The notes under the pieces are model-generated. The model was not told the DNA's origin, searched no databases, and saw nothing but the letters and a program-made list of their open reading frames with translations. Made by a program: the position numbers and the translations under genes. Of a DNA stretch of 64,000 nucleotides, positions 24,531 through 37,494 are shown one piece after another. Source of the DNA: Podarcis gaigeae (taxonomy: Eukaryota); the NCBI GenBank assembly GCA_964106915.2, contig OZ066922.1; one strand, given 5' to 3'. Positions within the stretch are counted from its first letter, which is position 1. Every line of letters starts with the position of its first letter.

Positions 24531-25577
24531 TTAAAAATATCAATTGAATGTCAACCAATGATATGATAGAATATTTATGCCCCTAATATATACTCTCTGG
24601 ACATTTTCCATAGTTTTTTATGCTGTAACTGACTAGGGAAGGGGCACATCTTGTGATTACTAGAGGAGACTTTAAGGAGGTACCTAATTGTTTCTCGAGA
24701 AGTAATCTGCTAAAATTAGAGAGGAAATTTTAGGATACATGGAACACTAAATGCATATGGTATCTGAAGTAGATTACACCTTGAAAAGGTGAAGTTAAAC
24801 TTTTATTTCTCCTCTTAACTGATTTTAATTTTTTCACTAGCAAGTTAGATCAGCTTTAGATTCCATTTCATTTTATTTTTAACTAGCCAGTTACTACAAT
24901 CCAATGTGACTACTGTGACATACATAAATGATCCTATCAATACCACACACTGTACACTGGCCATCGTAAAAAAATGCTGTATTGCCTTTAGATGAGAACA
25001 TCAGATGTGATTCAAATGAAAACAAAACCGAACGATATTCTCTGGGATCCATTGGAAGCTTTGTTGTGGGGAAGAATTGTAGCATACACATCCAGTAAAT
25101 GTAAAGCAAGAGAAGCAAAATTAAATTATTTGATTTAAATTTAAAAAATAAAATTTGGCATCCTAGCTCAGTGAAACCTTAAATCAACATTATAGCTCCC
25201 ATTCTCAAATAAGTATACTTGTATGCCAAAATTGCTATACCAAATCAACACAGAGCTCTGTTATAAGGCAACACGTTGATTACTGTGCATTAAATAGACT
25301 ATTGGGAAACAAACTCTTAGCATTTGTTTAATGGGGGGGGGTTAGGACTATTAAATCAACATGCAATAAACAATAGGTGGCCATCCCTGCAGCCCAGGGC
25401 TCACATCTCATTTTATATGGCCTCTGATGCCTCCTGTCTGCTCTATTCCTCTATCCCATCAAAGATCCATCATCCCTGATCATGTCTTCATCACTTTTTA
25501 TGCTTAATAAAGTATATCTCCTCACCCTTTCTATGTACCTTCAAACATTTCTATGTAGTTTCAGAACAACCAGGGCA

Positions 25578-25663
25578 GTATTAGTATTAGTATCAGTATT
25601 AATATCAGTATTAGTATTATTACTACTACTATTATTATTACTACTATTACTATTATTATTATT
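25578..25663. repeat. Compound (TATTAG)/(TAT/TAC)n microsatellite
   Basis: Visible low-complexity run. Confidence 0.85.
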
Positions 25664-25775
25664 TTGGATAAACATAAATTGATGCTTTTGTGTGTTTTTG
25701 TTTTTACTTTTTCCTAGCTTGACTTGGGAGAAATTATATTTTCTCCAGCTTTCTGAGAATGAATTGGGAGGCTTC

Positions 25776-25779
<4 letters not shown>

Positions 25780-25815
<36 letters not shown>
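25780..25815. repeat. (TG)n microsatellite
   Basis: Pure TG run. Confidence 0.95.
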
Positions 25816-25817
<2 letters not shown>

Positions 25818-28800
25818 CACATTAAAGCAGAAAATGAATTGCTTTGTTTTCCAGAACAGTAACAAACTTATCTGCTGTACTGACTCAATCTTTTTTTTAA
25901 AAAAAAGAAAAAAAGAAAATCAGTTTCACGTGTTGTGTAAAGGGCCCTCTGTATTCACCCAAGCTCCAAAATGCCCAGAAATTACAGCTGTTAAGGGCCA
26001 CAGCCTTAACAGGCATGCTATTTAGGCAATATTGGATAAGCAATTGTTATTATCCTGTGGTTAGTTCCAGCTTTATCACTATCGTAGAACTGAATGGCTG
26101 TTAATTTCAGAGTGGTGGACCAAAGACTCACATTTGTCCATTCACTGGCATAGACACATGGAGTCTATACAGCTGAAGTAATTGTGCAACTGAGGCTACA
26201 ATTCCATGCTACAAATGAAATGCATGGTTTGGTTGCTGCTAGCTGCTAGCATTTTAGATCTTTTTTGTTAATATTTGAACAAGGCAAAACATCAGGAAAT
26301 ATGTAATTTAAAAATCCACCACAGTTCCTCTACACTACTACTGTCATATAAATGCCCCAGCAAATAAGTGATTTACAAAACGTAAATCTTATATTGTAAT
26401 AAAAAAAAATTAATATTGTCTTATCTAGAAGAGGAACTTCCTGCCCAATGCATATTGTCTGATGTTCACACAGCAGCCCTCTCTGGGAATCCCATTACCT
26501 ACAAAGGTATTAGGAAAGTGATCCCAGCTGAAAGCATTTATCCAATTCCAGTTGTTGTTTGGACAACTAAACCATTAGAGGGCTGCATCATTCCCCTTGC
26601 TACTGTTTGAAAGAAACCCACTGTTTTGAGTTTAACTTTGCTTTGTAAAACACTGATCTTAATTGTGGATGTTATCTCCTTTGGATCTAAAAGTACACTT
26701 ACATTGCCAAAATAAGGTATGTTTGCAGAAATGAATATCCAATACCAAATGGCTATAGGAGGTTTTAATTTTATTGCTTTGGGATAACCATTCATGTCTG
26801 TTACATTTTACGAGGGGTGTGTGAACATATAGGCTCCATGCCTATTGTTATATTTAACTATATTCTGCTTCACAGCAGAATTCAGCTGAGATGTACCACT
26901 GCCCTTTCATGGGTTTGGAGTGGAGTGACTGCCCATTTGCACAAAAGTTTCTATTGTGCATGGTGCTAATCACAACTGTGAAGCTTGCCATCAGCAGCAT
27001 TGCAGCAATCCAAATATGCACAGACTTTTCAGTTGGCTACCATGTAGTACAGGTTCTTATGAGAGTCAGCCCTACTGGATGATGATGATGCCACCCTATA
27101 TCCAGGGATCTCAGGGCAGTTCCAGGGGTCTAAACAATATTGTTCAAAACTACTTAGACAGCAGATACTACAATTGTGAATCAGGCCATTTTGAGCCTGA
27201 TGAAGATCTCAGCTAAAACAGATTATTGAATTTTAGCCATTATGTACCACAGCACTAAATGTATTGCATCAATGTACTCTGGTTTCAGGGACTTTGGGAT
27301 CAGGCTGTTTCTCAGTGGGACAACAAAGCCCTGCTTCACATTTCTATTCAGAAGAATGTCCCATTGACATCAATTGGGCTTACTGTCATTTGCAAAATTG
27401 CCTTACCCTCCCTCTCAACCATACTTGGTCAATGAAGAGTTGGTCAATGAAGAGAAATTAAACTGAATATGTATTTTCAATTTGTTTTAGAGTCCAGCTC
27501 TGCAATAAACATTCTGGTTCCCCCCCAAAAAAAAAATTACAAGGGAAAGCTGTGTATGTGTTGTTTGCGCTCAACTCTGGAACTAGGCCATTTAATAGAA
27601 TGAGTCTGATATACATATATATTTCCTTTTTGAATAGTTATTTTTTATATACCTTCTGTCCAAAACCTTCTTGCTGCAGAGAAAGCACAGACGTTAGTAG
27701 CGTAACAATATTAGTAAATAGCTTTGAGGCTGCAGTGATACTGTTTTCTCTTTTTGTGGACTTGTATCTGGCTTTCCTGAGCATCAGTTGAGCTGCAAAC
27801 TTGTATCTGCTGAATACATTATCACCTTCTTAAGGGGAGGGGACCACTCCAAAATCTTAGTCTATCCCCCAATCCATTAGTCTTCTGCAATGTATGCATC
27901 TGGACCCACACTTTCACTGCCTACACCATTCCTGGAAAGAACATGTCCTAAAAATGCCAGGGAACTTTTTTAGATTCTCCAAATGCTCTCCACATGTTTC
28001 CACTCACGTTATTTCTGTCCATACTCTTACCGCTAAGATGCTTACACAAGGATCTAATTAAAAATGGTGAGTGTAGCTCCCTGGCAGATGAAAGGTACAC
28101 AGCAGGGCATAGCCAGTGCGATGGACAAAGCCTAGAAGCAGAAGAACAGATGAGTCGGAGGATGCTTGGGATGCAGGTTATCTGGACATGAACCTGACCG
28201 GAAGTGCTCAACAGAAGAGGCAAGAGGAGAGGAAGCTCATGGTAATGGCTACGGTATATGCACAATCTATAAGTAGTGTCTTTCTTGGAACTTGACATTA
28301 ACTTGGATACCTCTGCCCTGCTGAATGGGAGGTGTTCAATTTTAGGGCTGACCCCCTTTCCCTTTCTTCACTTTGAAATCTGATCCCTGCATTTCTCCTT
28401 TGTTCTGATGAGGTTCACAAAGGTTGGCTTCGCAAGCAACCCCAAGAGCTGAACCTGGAAGATCAGGACAAAACACTCTACATTGCAGCTCAACTCTTTT
28501 CTAGCTAAATTACTTCACATAATGCAACACTGCTCAGCTTCTTGATCAGCAAAATGGTCTGCGCGCTGAATCAGTGCATGCTTTTTGCCAGCATGTCTCA
28601 GGTGTACCCTTTTGTGCATACACACTGCGCAAAGAAAAAGAGAGAGAAAGTTCTTGAACCCAGATGTGGACCAAAACTGTCCAAAACAGTGGTTTTGAGA
28701 AAGTGCAAAATGTGTTTTTGACAGCCAGGGTGTGACAACAACCATCCCTTAGGCATTCTGGATAAGGATTTCAAGCAAGATGGCATCTCAAGTGTCATAA

Positions 28801-28892
28801 TCTATTTCATTTTAGAAATTAAGCAGAGGTTGGGGATGAGAGACTCTTACACCAAAGTTATGTACATATGTTTGCATGGAATATTTACTCAC

Positions 28893-28965
28893 TGCACAAT
28901 CCTATGCATGTTTACTCAAAAGTAATTCCCACTATGTACAATGGGCCTTACTCTCAGGAAAGTCT
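28893..28965. mobile_element. Family A hairpin MITE
   Basis: GCACAATCCTATGCATGTTTACTCAAAAGTAATTCCCACT...AATGGGCCTTACTCTCAGGAAAG. Confidence 0.7.
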
Positions 28966-29870
28966 GCCTCTAGAACCCTTGAAAAAAGTGTGCTCAACAT
29001 TGATTGCCATGTGCAACTATAGCCAGGAGGGCAAGGTAGCCACCAGGCAAGCAGTAATTACAAAGGAAACAAGGGGTGAAATATTAGATTGGTCCTGCCA
29101 GTGACAAGATTCTCGCTTTTTCTTTGCCGCCCATTTGTTTGTGTAGCTATATTTAACTGGCACTTGATTGAGGAAATGTTGAAAATAGCAGTTAGGGCTT
29201 CCCTAATGAGACCTCTAGAGGAAAGCAATGGTGTGCAGGGGGGTCAGAAATAATGGAGTAGTGCAAGGGGGTGGGGAAGAGGACTTAACCCTTTCCTGGA
29301 AGAAAGGTTTTCACACACTAAGTTAAAGGAGTGATATACAGAACATGGGGAAATATCCAAAAGTGTTTAATCACAGCAACGCCTAGACATGTTCACAGCT
29401 CAGTTTTACTATTATTGTGGGTGGGCTTTGTGATAGGTGCTTCACATCCAGCTGATGTCATTTATTATCTTCTACCCCAAATGCAAGAGCACTCTCTGAA
29501 CCAGAATTGATTCACGGGGGGGGGGGGGGGCGGGGATGCAAACCAGTTGGATTTTTTTCCATTAACTATCACTAATGTGGTTTGGAATACACAATCTACC
29601 AAGAAGAAAAAGAAGTTACCGTATCTGCTATTTAATCTCTTTTTAATCCATCCCAATGGTGTCACTGTCAATTTGAATAAAATATTGGGTGGGCAGGTAA
29701 GCCCCACCCCACATAATTGTTCACAAGACACACCATTTGAATTGTTCACACACACCATTTGAATGGCAATGCCTTTCAAATTAGGGAGGCGGCCCCCTCA
29801 AATATATTATTGAGGGGCGCTGATGGGAACTAAGCCCCTAGGAGTTAAAATCCATCCTGTTTGTCGGTTT

Positions 29871-30053
29871 TGTGCACACTATACCTTTAAGGCACATTTG
29901 AGGCACATTCTACCTCTCAAAGAATTCTGGGCACTGTAGTTTGTTAAGAGTTGCTGGGAATGCTAACTCTGTGACAGATGAACTACAGTGCCCAGAATTC
30001 TTTGAAGAGGAAAATGTGCTTCACATTTGCCTTAAAAGTATAATGCGTACACA
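29871..30053. mobile_element. Palindromic MITE family 'D' (~70-bp arms)
   Basis: TGTGCACACTATACCTTTAAGGCACA...CAAAGAATTCTGGGCACTGTAGTT pairs with AACTACAGTGCCCAGAATTCTTTG...GCCTTAAAAGTATAATGCGTACACA. Confidence 0.75.
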
Positions 30054-30778
30054 GAGCATCTCATCTCAGAAATAGGTGCCTCTCCCTTTTTTCCCATCAC
30101 TCTTCCTTTCCATCTTTATTTTCAACGGTATCAGTTTCCTATACTCTTTCTTTCCTTTTCCCCAGCTTCCCCAGTTTTATTGCAAAGACGCCACCAATAT
30201 CTCCTCTGACAAATGACAGCTATCTTATTTTCTCCTTTCTCTCCTTCATCAACACACTCATTTATCTTTATTTTTCTCACTGTCATTGAATCTCCATTTT
30301 CTTACTTCTGTTCTGCCTTCTTCTTTTTCTCATTGACAAAGATTGCTTTCTCTTTGGCATCTCAGTTCAAACCCAGAGCATCTCACACTGCTGCTTGGTT
30401 TTATAACATAAGCAGTTAAAATAGAGTGTGGAGGAGCAAGCAATCCTAGGATTTACCTGAATTAAAGCTTCCAGTTCTTTATAAATGTACATAGAAGTAA
30501 TCCTGCTGAAACCAGTCAGGATTCAGATATACTTCTATAGAGCTCAGTATCTCCATCCAGGAACTGTGTTATAAAGAACATTGAATAAATATACAAAAGT
30601 AACAGAAAGCAGTGATGTGATCAAAGTATAGTGGCAAAAGAAGGTATTGCCAATGCAATCATCTGTATGATGAAAACAGCTACCAATTAAACACCATTCG
30701 TTTTTAATAGATTGAGTTCAATAGGCAAGTGGGCATAGTGTTGCAACCCTTGTCTTGCAGTACAACCCTAAACAAGTA

Positions 30779-31023
30779 CAGTGGACGCTCGGGTTGCGAA
30801 CATGATCCATGCGGGATGCACATTTGCAACCTTCAGCAGCACATCTGCGCACATGCGGGTTGCGATTCGGCACTTCTGTGCATGCGCAAAGCGCGATTCG
30901 GCACTTCTGTGCATGCACAACTGCCGAAACCCGGAAGTAACCCATTCTGATACTTCTGGGTTTCGGTGGGTGTGTAACCCGAAAAAACGCAACTTGAAGC
31001 AGCTGTAACCCAAGGTATGACTG
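30779..31023. mobile_element. Tc1/mariner (Tigger-like) MITE
   Basis: TA-flanked CAGTGGACGCTCGGGTT...AACCCAAGGTATGACTG; internal tandem GCGATTCGGCACTTCTGTGCATGC; CpG-rich. Confidence 0.75.
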
Positions 31024-31054
31024 TACAGTATTCAGTGCACTTTACCCCCTGGTA

Positions 31055-31160
31055 GGGATGCAGGTGGCACTGTGGTCTAAACCACTGAGCCTCTTGGGCT
31101 TGCTGATCAGAAGGTTCAAATCCCCACAATGGGGACAGCACGGGTGGCGCTGTGGTCTAG
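31055..31160 (+). mobile_element. Sauria SINE 5' fragment followed by a second truncated head
   Basis: GGGATGCAGGTGGCACTGTGGTCTAAACCACTGAGCCTCTTGGGCTTGCTGATCAGAAGG, then CGGGTGGCGCTGTGGTCTA again. Confidence 0.7.
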
Positions 31161-31789
31161 TAAATCTGTTTCGGATTACAACCTCAAATTCTTAAGACCC
31201 TGCTTTAGTTCACTGGGACAAAGAAAGCTTAAGGCTGAGTTTTGCATTTCAAACATATGACTGATTTCACGATGAATACCTAAATCAGTTTTCCAACATT
31301 TTCTGCATAATTAATACAAATAAAATGGATTTAATATACATGGTATTGCAATGGATATAATATACATGAAAGTCAAGGGCAGTTTTACACAGAAGGCTAG
31401 CAAGGTTCTTGCTTCAATTGATTTGCATTGCAATATTGGCGAGAATGGAGGGGAAATTAAAAGTGGTTTTGAACTGTGAGAATGTTGTTTAGTCGTTTAG
31501 TTGCGTTGCCCATTTATACATGTGCCAGCCATGATATCACATGTGCACACTGGAGTGCATGCATTTATAAAGTACGTTATAGGTTATAGGTTAACCAGCT
31601 CCACAGCCCAATTAAAAAAACTCAAAGGCTTGCAGGTGAGTGTCATTTGTGAAAAATGCCTATAAATGATGAGCATGCCCACTTTTTCCCGGTCCACAGA
31701 ACCTGCTACTCCACCCAGCGAGGTCAGCTTTCTGAGAGGTTTCTGGAGGGATTAACAGGTCCTCGAAAGTACAGGCCTGCTCTTCATTC

Positions 31790-31990
31790 CATGCGCGCCT
31801 AGATAACGCGAGGGCGCCGAAGAGCCCGGGCCAGGCTCAGAGGACGCGGTGGGCGGGGCTTGAGCAAGAATGTCCTCGGAATCACCAGCCCCAAAGGCGC
31901 TCCTCAACGAGATTACGCACGTAGGTGGGTCTTCGTCGTATTTCCTGGAATAATGGCGCCGAGTAAAAAAAAAAAAAACGGGGCTTCAAA
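31790..31990. promoter_or_regulatory. Orphan CpG island with promoter-type motifs
   Basis: Dense CpG, GGGCGGGG 31851-31858, GCACGTA 31917-31923, TTCCTGGAA 31942-31950, AATGGCG ~31952. Confidence 0.55.
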
Positions 31991-32057
31991 CTGAACCACC
32001 CTTCGGATTTGTTTGGAAAGTATTAGGATCCAGCATGTTCAATAGGTGAACAGTAAG

Positions 32058-32550
32058 AGCAGCCGCGTTAGTCTTCTGCAAGAAAAGCAGCAAGGCTTGT
32101 GGCATCTTAAAGATTTAGTGTAGCGCACCTCGAACTAGACAGAGCCCGCTTCATCAGATGCACCAGGTGATAGCCTCCTGCCATATAAATATGGGAAAGT
32201 CATGGAATAAATATGGATATGGGGAAATTAATACATACGATTGTAATCAGCGGTGGGGTCAAATGGCCGTGAAACACACACAAAAAAGACAGTCTGCCTC
32301 AATCGTAAAGCTTAACTCTGCAGTCAGTTTACTTAGGTGAACCTTTTCATAGAATTACCACAGACTGTGCTTTCGGCGTTTTACGGCGGTTTGGCCCCAT
32401 TGTTTATATTGTCTCTTTCATATGCCCATTTTACGTCCCTGTCAACTGAGAATAACTATTGAAGCATACACTATGCAGAAAAAATAATAATTATGTCATA
32501 AGAAACCTGTTACTTGTTGAGATGCCACAAAACTCTTTGTTGTGGTTGTT
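32058..32550. mobile_element. Penelope-like element remnant with inverted terminal fragments
   Basis: GCAGCCGCGTTAGTC...CTTGTGGCATCTTAAAGA...GAGCCCGCTTCATCAGATGCA (32058-32165) and inverted GAGATGCCACAAAACTCTTTGTTG (~32519-32543); resembles reptile Penelope termini as recalled. Confidence 0.5.
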
Positions 32551-32627
32551 TGAATAAAGTAAGATGAACGCGGAGTGCGTTTCGCTCTCCGATGGCGTAG
32601 CCAGCGCCTAACCCCAAGCATCTGGTA

Positions 32628-32900
32628 CTCATAGAATCATAGGATGGAAGAGTTGGAAGGGACCCCGAGGGTCATCTAGTCTAACCCCATGCCATTCAGG
32701 AATCTTACGCATCCGTGACAGACGGCCACCCAAAGAAGCCTCCAAGAAGAGTCCACCACCTTCCGATGGAGTCCGTCCCATTGTCCAACAGCTCTTGCCG
32801 TCAGAAAGTTCACCTTGGTGTCTAGTCAGCATCTCTTCTCTTGCAACTTGAAGCCATTGGTTTGGCTCCTACCCTCCGGAGCAGGAGAAAACCTCTTCCA
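32628..32900 (-). mobile_element. CR1 LINE 3' end
   Basis: TCATAGAATCATAG tail, GAGTTGGAAGGGACC...TCATCTAGTCTAACCCC stem region, and degenerate ORF2 end. Confidence 0.8.
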
Positions 32901-34455
32901 ACCTTGATCCATCCTGTTGATTTCGGTGCAGAAACAAGTTCAAGATTACTGATATCAGGATTGTTCTTCAAACTGCCTTCAGGACCGTGATCTTTACGTG
33001 GGTTACTGACCTCCCAACCACTCCCACGCCATCCTCTGCCCACGCACCTTTGCTTCCTCGGTTGTTTTTTGGGGGGAGGGAGAGTTCGTAATGAATTTGC
33101 CTTCCTCTCCCAATGGTTTTAATGCAGAATTACTCCCACTGAGTAAGCCTTCAAGACGTCGGGATCTAGGGAAGGAGGTTGACTCTGCTGAGTCTGACTT
33201 TCCTGAAATTGTTCAGAAAAGAATAAAGGGATTAAATAGTATAAGCCTTTCTGGGAAAGGAATAGCAAAAACTCGTGTGTGTGTCTGAAGATACAAATCT
33301 CGACCATATAGATATAAATTTCGACCATACTGTAGTTCATTTGCGAAAGTTATCGTTTGATTTTCCACACTTGGTTCGCGCGAAGAGTTACTATTTCTAG
33401 TGGATATTCTCTCTAGATACATACATAGAAACATTCATATCAGGTTCAAAATGAAAACAGAGGAGTAAACAGCTGCATTCATTTATCTTTATTAAAATTT
33501 ATATACCGCTTGATTGTTTTATAAATAACTAAAGCGGTTTACAAAAATAATAAAACAATGACATGATCAATTAAAACAGTTAAAAGCAACTACTTAAAGC
33601 ATGTATCAATGCCTGCATTTATAAAAGACTCCTCCAAACTTTTCCTTGCCTTTTATCTACTGCTCACTTTTTGCCTACGCTGACACGAGGATTTTTTTTA
33701 TTGAGAGCAAACAGTTACTATTTCTGGAGTAACTAGATAGAGACAGGGGTTGGTAGGTTGGTAGATACTATAGACTACTTTATTTGGGAACTATCCTGAT
33801 CTGTTTCAGTCAATGCACCTTTGTCAGGATTTCACAGTAGAGTGGAGATTCCATCCGCTTGAACTTTCTCACAAATAAAGTTTGTTTACGGCTGGACCAT
33901 CAGAACTGAGTAAATTATCTAAATGTCTCTCTCTTGTTATGTGTGGGTGATCACCAACGTTAGAATATGGATTCCAGTGGGTCTGCTCTGAATATGACTT
34001 ACTTGGATGTCACCAGTACTTTGCCATTATTGTTGGGCGTAGAATTATTGCCATTTCACTGATTCACTTCTCTCCTCTAGCGAAATTTAACATCCCGATC
34101 CTAAGTAGGACTTATGAATAATGGGACTTCCTTTCCCCCCTCGTATGTTCAGAATATCTCCTGGGAGTAGTCCTGCCTGTTTTGCCTAAATGCTTCCAGC
34201 CGGCTCGATCCCAGGAAGATATTCCCCAACAAGCAGAAATGGAAAGCTAAAACTGCAAAGGATGGTCGAAATACACCAGCTGAACTATATTTTTTGACAA
34301 TGAAAATATGAAGCACGATTCAAGAAGGCCGTTCATTGGGACATTCGTTCATGACGCTTCAAAAAGGTTATTCTGTTCTATGCAGCTAAGAAATCATGTG
34401 GCAATTGTTTACTCGTGGCTGGAGGCTCTTTCTGATGCCAGTGTGCCTTCATTGA

Positions 34456-34465
<10 letters not shown>

Positions 34466-34510
<45 letters not shown>

Positions 34511-34520
34511 TACTACTATA
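34466..34520. repeat. (TTA)n/(CTA)n microsatellite
   Basis: Visible run. Confidence 0.9.
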
Positions 34521-34657
34521 ACATTGCAATACAATCCTTCTCCACTTCTGTATGTCCGCCTGTCCATCCACTGGTATCTTCAAGGTCCAATCTGACGATG
34601 TAGTCTCTTGCCTACAGTACTTCATGCCATCATAAGCTGGTAAGGCTGGAAACTGTG

Positions 34658-34676
34658 CATTCATTCATTCATTCAT

Positions 34677-34717
<41 letters not shown>

Positions 34718-34718
34718 T
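34658..34718. repeat. (CATT)n(CAGC)n compound microsatellite
   Basis: Visible run. Confidence 0.9.
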
Positions 34719-34882
34719 AGCCTTTATTGGCACAATTTAGACAATAAGATCATGAAAGAAAAAGAAAAAAAGCAACCCCTTTCCAGGGAGTCAGTCCCAT
34801 TGAACTTAATGGGGTTAACTTCTGAGTGGGTTTGAGTGGGTGGGTGTGGGTGTGTACATGCAGGGAGGGATGGACTGCTAAG

Positions 34883-35020
34883 GCAGGATTGCTAAACTGT
34901 GGCCTGCCGGATGTTGCTGGACTCCAGCTCCCATCAGCCCCACAGTCAAGCATGGCCGATGGTCAGGAATGATGGGAGTTGCAGTCTAACAAGATCTGGC
35001 GAGCCACAGTTCACCCACCG
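34883..35020. mobile_element. Family C hAT MITE
   Basis: AACTGTGGCCTGCCGGATGTTGCTGGACTCCAGCTCCCATCA...TGATGGGAGTTGCAGTCTAACAAGATCTGGCGAGCCACAGTT. Confidence 0.7.
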
Positions 35021-35693
35021 ACACAGCTTGAAAGGCCAATTCTTCTTTCTGATTTTACTGAGTTTAGGCCCAACGACCCTCTAGGAAGTGTTGTTGTTGT
35101 TGTTCTTGTTGTTGTTGTTTCCCTTCTCTCTACCTGTCCAACTTTTTCCTTTTGGGAGCAGGGGTTAGTTTCCGGATTTCCCTCTTCGCCACTAGCAGTA
35201 TTCAACCCCTCTACAAACCTACACCCGGCAAGACTTCAGCTCGGTCCGCAGCCTCCCGGGCTTCCAACTGAGGGGGAGGGAGGAGAAAGGGGGTCGCCTT
35301 CTGCTGGCGCCTTGCAAAGGAGAAAGCGCACGCAGGCAGGCTAGGGAAGGAGCGAGGACTCCCAGCGCGCCCCGCCGCTTTTCCAGTAAGCCTCTCTGTG
35401 TTTACGTTATGGCATTTTTCTGTTTGTAATTATTTTTTATTTTAATTTATGTCATTTTTAACATGAGCCAGACCATTGCTCTCCCCTTTCGCCTTTTGTA
35501 CACAGTGACTCTCTTCATGATAGTATGTCCTTTTCCATACACACACATATACATACCCCCTGGTATATTCCCCCACCTCTTCCCTTTTTCCGAGCGTGTT
35601 TACTACTCTTTATTAACAGACTTTTTTCTAATATTTCTTCCTCTTCCCAACTCCCTCCCCCCCCCCACGCCCCAGCCTGCCATTCCCTGGTGT

Positions 35694-35821
35694 NNNNNNN
35701 NNNNNNNNNNNNNNNNNNNNNNNNNNNNNNNNNNNNNNNNNNNNNNNNNNNNNNNNNNNNNNNNNNNNNNNNNNNNNNNNNNNNNNNNNNNNNNNNNNNN
35801 NNNNNNNNNNNNNNNNNNNNN
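35694..35821. other. Assembly gap
   Basis: Run of N. Confidence 1.
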
Positions 35822-35921
35822 GACCAAGTGACCCGAAGTCTGATTATATGTCATTATCTGGAGACTCGGTGTATCCAAATTACCAAAACGGCCTCACTCA
35901 GCCAGATCAATTACATTTAGA

Positions 35922-35922
<1 letters not shown>
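35822..35922. promoter_or_regulatory. Probable HAND2 branchial/pharyngeal arch enhancer core (Dlx5/6-responsive)
   Basis: Four ATTA homeodomain cores at 35843, 35853, 35879 and 35910 in non-repetitive sequence ~11 kb upstream of the TSS. The mouse arch enhancer is described as having four ATTA sites. Its left side abuts an N gap. Confidence 0.6.

Positions 35923-35925
<3 letters not shown>

Positions 35926-35965
<40 letters not shown>
35926..35965. repeat. (GA)n microsatellite
   Basis: Pure GA run directly after the arch-enhancer candidate. Confidence 0.95.
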
Positions 35966-35968
<3 letters not shown>

Positions 35969-37200
35969 AGGAAGGGGGGCGAATGAGGGAGGGGTTGGAT
36001 ACGCAAATATAGGCATGCCGACACCTCTCTCTCTCTCTTTCACTTTCGCCAGTGCAACGTGCTCAGCCTAAAAAACACACGTCGGTTTGAGCACCATGGG
36101 ATCGCGCAGGTAGAAGCGGGCGCTACTTGCGTAAAAATGTACCGTATTCACGTGCCCCGAGGTTCGGAATTCATAGTTTAGTCGCCCCTGTTCTAGAAGG
36201 CTAGTGTGAACCCAAAGGAGACCGCGCTCATCCAAAAACGAGGTCTGAAAGCAAACGTCAAAAGGCGCCCAGTTAGCCACTAGTCGTGAGATGTGTCATG
36301 GGGGGCGGGTATAGAGCAAGGGATTCTCTTATGAAGTATCAAGTCGTGTAGGAATACAAACTTGCCAAAAGCAAGGAAATATTGTAGTGCAGAACAAATG
36401 TAGGATTGCCAATCCTCCCTAAGAGTTTAACCGCCACTGTAATCGGAGCCCCCATCACCCCAAGACAGTTTTGTAGTATTTCCAAAAGATGGTCGGCGTC
36501 TGACTCCGGCGACTCTCCATGTTTTACTTTTCTTAGCTATTACCATTACTCACATAATATTGATCTACCTAGAGGTCAACTTCAAAATCTGCAGCTAGGG
36601 TTGTCACTTTTTTTCTTGCCATCACTCAGTTACAGGGCAGGCAGAACTTGTCTACAGCGCGCCCCTTAAAGGCACAGGAACCCTGGCAGGGGAGATGAGG
36701 TAACGCGCGCTCAATTTGTTAACAATTGCAGGGCTCTGAGGATGGAGAGAAGGGGAGCAAGGCCGTCGTCCGCACGGCTGAGAAGCCAGGCTTCGCCTTC
36801 CATCCGCTGTCACGCAGTTCCATCAGGCTGTAGCAACGGGTGAAGAGGAGGGGCGCAGGGGCCCAGGGACCACTCCTCTGGTGCAGCTGAAGGACCAGCA
36901 ATTCTCGCTTCCTCCTCCTCCTCCTCTTGATCGGTTTCCATCCCAGCTGGTCATCAGAAGAACTTGTCACTAAAAAATGGTCCCTAGATATAGTACTTAT
37001 TTTCTCCTGCCTCCCCCCTCCTCCCAATATGAGAACATGTCTTGTGTTTATTGGTCTGCAAGTTTATTTCTTTAGTTCTGGAGTGGCTGTTGTTTTGTTT
37101 TTGCTGAAGAGCAAGGTTTAAAAAAAGTTTTCAGTCAATCAAGTGGGGGACTACATATCCATATCTCAAAAACAAAAAAGTGATCGGTCGGCCTGCCCCA

Positions 37201-37202
37201 TT

Positions 37203-37261
<59 letters not shown>
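37201..37261. repeat. (TTTC)n microsatellite (poly-purine tail of an antisense LINE/SINE fragment)
   Basis: Pure run followed by ATACCTCCCTATACCAGGAGGTCTCAGGGCAGTTCACA. Confidence 0.85.
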
Positions 37262-37494
37262 ATAATACCTCCCTATACCAGGAGGTCTCAGGGCAGTTCA
37301 CAGAAAAAATCAAAACATAAAACCTCAAAATAAAAACAACCCAATAACCCCCCCAAAAAAATTTTTTTTCTAGCATTAAATAAAATTTGGATCATTATAC
37401 AGATGGCTTAGGCAGTTTGTTTCAGATACTTAATATTTCTCCCACAGAAATTGTTAGACCATGCAGTGGGAAAGTCATCCACTCCTCTAGATAA

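Noticed and set aside
27948-28310. Purine-rich, exon-like stretch with ORFs on both strands
   Set aside because: I recognise no protein similarity in any frame and no coherent splice structure; left unannotated.
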